From Cyanophora paradoxa CCMP329 (Eukaryota > Plantae > Glaucophyta): DNA of 64,000 nt. The stretch covers positions 162,420 to 226,419 of the forward strand of contig QPMI01000530.1 in assembly GCA_004431415.1 (NCBI GenBank). Direction: 5' to 3'. Within the stretch, counting starts at the first letter, position 1. The number at the start of each line of letters is the position of its first letter. A model generated the notes under the pieces. The model had not been told where the DNA came from. It did not search any database and worked only from the letters and a program-made list of their open reading frames with translations. Shown piece by piece: positions 61,720 to 64,000 of this stretch. The position numbers were made by a program, and so were the translations under genes.

Positions 61720-62232
61720 TTACGTTTCATCTGCGGGGTCACTGCCAGCAGGGCTGCTGTGATGTTGAAGTGAGTGTTGGTGTGAACAGCGAACCGAATT
61801 CTCGCAGGAACTCTCTGGAGCCTGTGAGGCGGAGGTCGATTGAAGGAGATCTGGAGCAGGTCCGGTCTCAGTTTGAAGGGGAATCCGCTTGGTCAATTCC
61901 TTTGGAACAACAAACCGAACCTGGTCTTTCACGATGATTGATTTTACTAAATTCACAACTGGCGAGAACTTGTAGATTACCAGGCAATCAGCAAAGCAAA
62001 ATACGTGAACCACCCTAAGCCCCTCCTCCCTAATTCCCCAATCCCTCTTTAGGTAGTTTCCAGGTAGTGAAAGTGTTATTTCCTCGCTGAATGCCTTTTT
62101 CATTGAGTAGAGTTTAAAGAATATGCCTTTTTGCGGTGCATTTAGCTGGTAGTACTGAAATAAATCTAGATCCTCTATAGGGACCTTGTAGTAGCGCTCT
62201 AAAGCAGTCTTGATTGCCGGTCGATCCATCAC
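61720..62232 (-). CDS. Hypothetical protein (weak resemblance to viral PD-(D/E)XK proteins)
   Basis: 170-aa ORF; VFCFADCLVIYKF-like segment; no clear catalytic motif. Confidence 0.5.
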   Translation of the reverse strand: MMDRPAIKTALERYYKVPIEDLDLFQYYQLNAPQKGIFFKLYSMKKAFSEEITLSLPGNYLKRDWGIREEGLRVVHVFCFADCLVIYKFSPVVNLVKSIIVKDQVRFVVPKELTKRIPLQTETGPAPDLLQSTSASQAPESSCENSVRCSHQHSLQHHSSPAGSDPADET

Positions 62233-62301
62233 AAAAAATGACTTAAGGATAATCCGCTACTTAAATTAGAGAAAATAATTTTCTAAGCCCTTAAGTAGAG
62301 A

Positions 62302-62697
62302 ATGTCGGATTCAGAGAAAGCCCCAGCGACCGCTGAAGTTAAGCCCAAGAAGCGCTACCAATTGACCCCAGAGCAGAAAGAAGCGAGAAACCAGAAATAC
62401 CGCGAGCGGTACCACAGTGATCCCGAGTTCAGAGCCAAAGAGCTGGCGGATCGCAGAGCAAGATACGAGAGATCAAAGGATAAATACCTCGAGAAAATGG
62501 CGGTCCAGAAACAGCAAAAATACGAAATCGATGCGGAGTTCAGAGAGAAAAAGAAGGCCCAATCGCTGGCATACTACCACAGAAAGCATGCAGAGAAGTT
62601 GGCCGCTATTGCAGCGGGAGTAGCTCCTGAGAAAGCAGAGCCAGCAATCCCTTCGAAAACCGGAAGACCCCGCAAGTACAACAAGGAATCGCAATGA
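62302..62697 (+). CDS. Basic helical protein with C-terminal AT-hook, putative DNA-binding
   Basis: K/R/E-rich repeats; KTGRPRKY; the gene end at 1-65 (RGRKSKY*) occupies the same position before the left PolB. Confidence 0.65.
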   Translation: MSDSEKAPATAEVKPKKRYQLTPEQKEARNQKYRERYHSDPEFRAKELADRRARYERSKDKYLEKMAVQKQQKYEIDAEFREKKKAQSLAYYHRKHAEKLAAIAAGVAPEKAEPAIPSKTGRPRKYNKESQ

Positions 62698-62888
62698 ATC
62701 GTGAGAGACAGACCGATATGTATATTTTTTATGTACAGGACCGATTAATCGGTTTTGTATCGTGGGGAGAAAATTTGATTTGTCCCGTGGGGACCAAAAA
62801 ATGACTTAAGGAAAAGCCACATAGGTTAATTAACGAAAGGGGAATTTACCCTATCTGGCAAAAATATTTTCTTGGCATAAAGTAAACA

Positions 62889-64000
62889 ATGCCTCGCGCA
62901 AGTTACAAGAGAAGAAAACCTTGAAAGCGAAAGCGGTCGAATTGATTAACCTCGGTATCCAGCGGAGCCTGCTCACCAAGAGAACCGCTGATGCATTATT
63001 GCGCAAATTCTCAGGAACTTCCAAGGTTCCCGAAACCATGCTCGAGCTGTACCTCAAGAACATTCAGTCAATTTTCGATACAGAGCGACCTGCAAAGGGA
63101 TATACCCTGCAATCGCTGCTGGGGGTTCGCCAGGCTGCATTTGATCGAGAGGTCGGTCGCATTGGGGCCATTGAGGCTGAACCTCCGAGACCCGAGAGAA
63201 CAGGCAGCTGAATCAATTTTTCCGGCAGATTGCCCAGTTTCCCGACGATGCTGTTGTCCGGGTCACTTTCAAGCTCTGGGCCGAAATTAATGCTGAACCC
63301 ACTGGTCGTGCGAGGGATCAGCCACTCCGCTTTGAAGGTCGCATGTACCGACCCCTAAAAAGGGCTTCGATCACAATTCCGGTAAGGATGCTGCGACAAA
63401 TTGCCCGTGATGGTTTCGTTACAAGGTTCGTGCTGAACCAGAACACTATATGGTCGCTGATTTCCTGTATGTTGTTGAGACCGTATTTAGGGCTGATCGA
63501 CTTGCAAGCGAAATTCAGCATTGGTACGATTATTTTGCGGAAATTCACGAAATCGTTCTGGTGGAGGCTCAGGCTGAGGAGGAAGCCCAGGAAGCCGTTC
63601 AAGAAGAATTTCTCGATGAGAACTCGAAGAATCGATGCGATGTACCGCAGCTGTGAGCCAGTACATTAATTACGATCTCAATCCCGAGGCGAAATCGATC
63701 GAGGAATTAATCATCAAGCCTGCTTCCGGAAAATCGAATGCCTGTGTCTACGATATGCTGATCTCATTGTACTCTCGTTCAATGGAAGCTTGTCACAGAA
63801 ACAGGAAGTACAAGGACATTGAGATGACCTACGAGGGTCTGTATCGATTTTTCCACGGAAAGGAATATACTGAGGGAGCCTCTATGTCCCTCACTCTGAG
63901 GCAGCTCCGAAAATTCGCGGATCGTTGCAGGCTGGGATTCCGTGTTTATTCGGAGGATAACAAGCTCAAGTACAGATACCCACAGGGAGAGATGCCCGTT
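62889..64000 (+). CDS. N-terminal part of a PolB(-helicase) homologous to 307-1443; frameshifted, runs off window
   Basis: Frame from 63731 reads ACVYDMLI..KYKDIEMTYEGLYRFFHG..RLG, aligning with KCVFDVLI..KYKRIDWSYNGLFKMVNG..RLG; both genes start MPR. Confidence 0.7.

Larger units (their letters stand above)
43800..64000. mobile_element. Endogenous Polinton-like virus, left part (continues beyond window)
   Basis: Sharp GC drop at ~43.8 kb; intronless dense genes including major capsid, two minor capsids, A32 ATPase, lipase, fibres and PolB start. Confidence 0.9.

Noticed and set aside
1-64000. One virus split by a 29.5-kb host insertion
   Set aside because: Both sides carry their own diverged AdoMetDC and PolB start, and each facing end has its own terminal-like structures.

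Overview
Eukaryotic (probably protist or algal) genomic window. A GC-rich, repeat- and palindrome-dense host segment (~14.25-43.8 kb) lies between two AT-rich, intronless, gene-dense endogenous viral elements of the Polinton-like virus (PLV)/Maverick type, both running off the window. Left element (1-~14.25 kb): frameshifted family-B DNA polymerase joined to an SF1 helicase and an HNH-like tip, rve integrase, a repeat block with two loxP-like 34-bp sites, a ~2000-aa modular fibre gene, two paralogous fibre-like genes, an S-adenosylmethionine decarboxylase (AdoMetDC), and inverted-repeat/hairpin structures at the junction. Right element (~43.8-64 kb): two giant modular fibre genes (one ending in a peptidase S74 chaperone), a second AdoMetDC, a patatin-discoidin fusion, two divergent minor capsid genes, a double-jelly-roll major capsid, an A32-type packaging ATPase and the start of a polymerase homologous to the left one. 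Host part: tRNA-Arg(CCT) plus two copies truncated at nearly the same point, several tandem and dispersed repeats, and intron-containing genes (filamin+vWA, CCCH+RING, a secreted Pro-rich protein, a giant-virus-type endonuclease). It also shows a recurrent XYZ/revcomp/XYZ micro-insertion signature. All calls are by eye from motifs; no searches were run.
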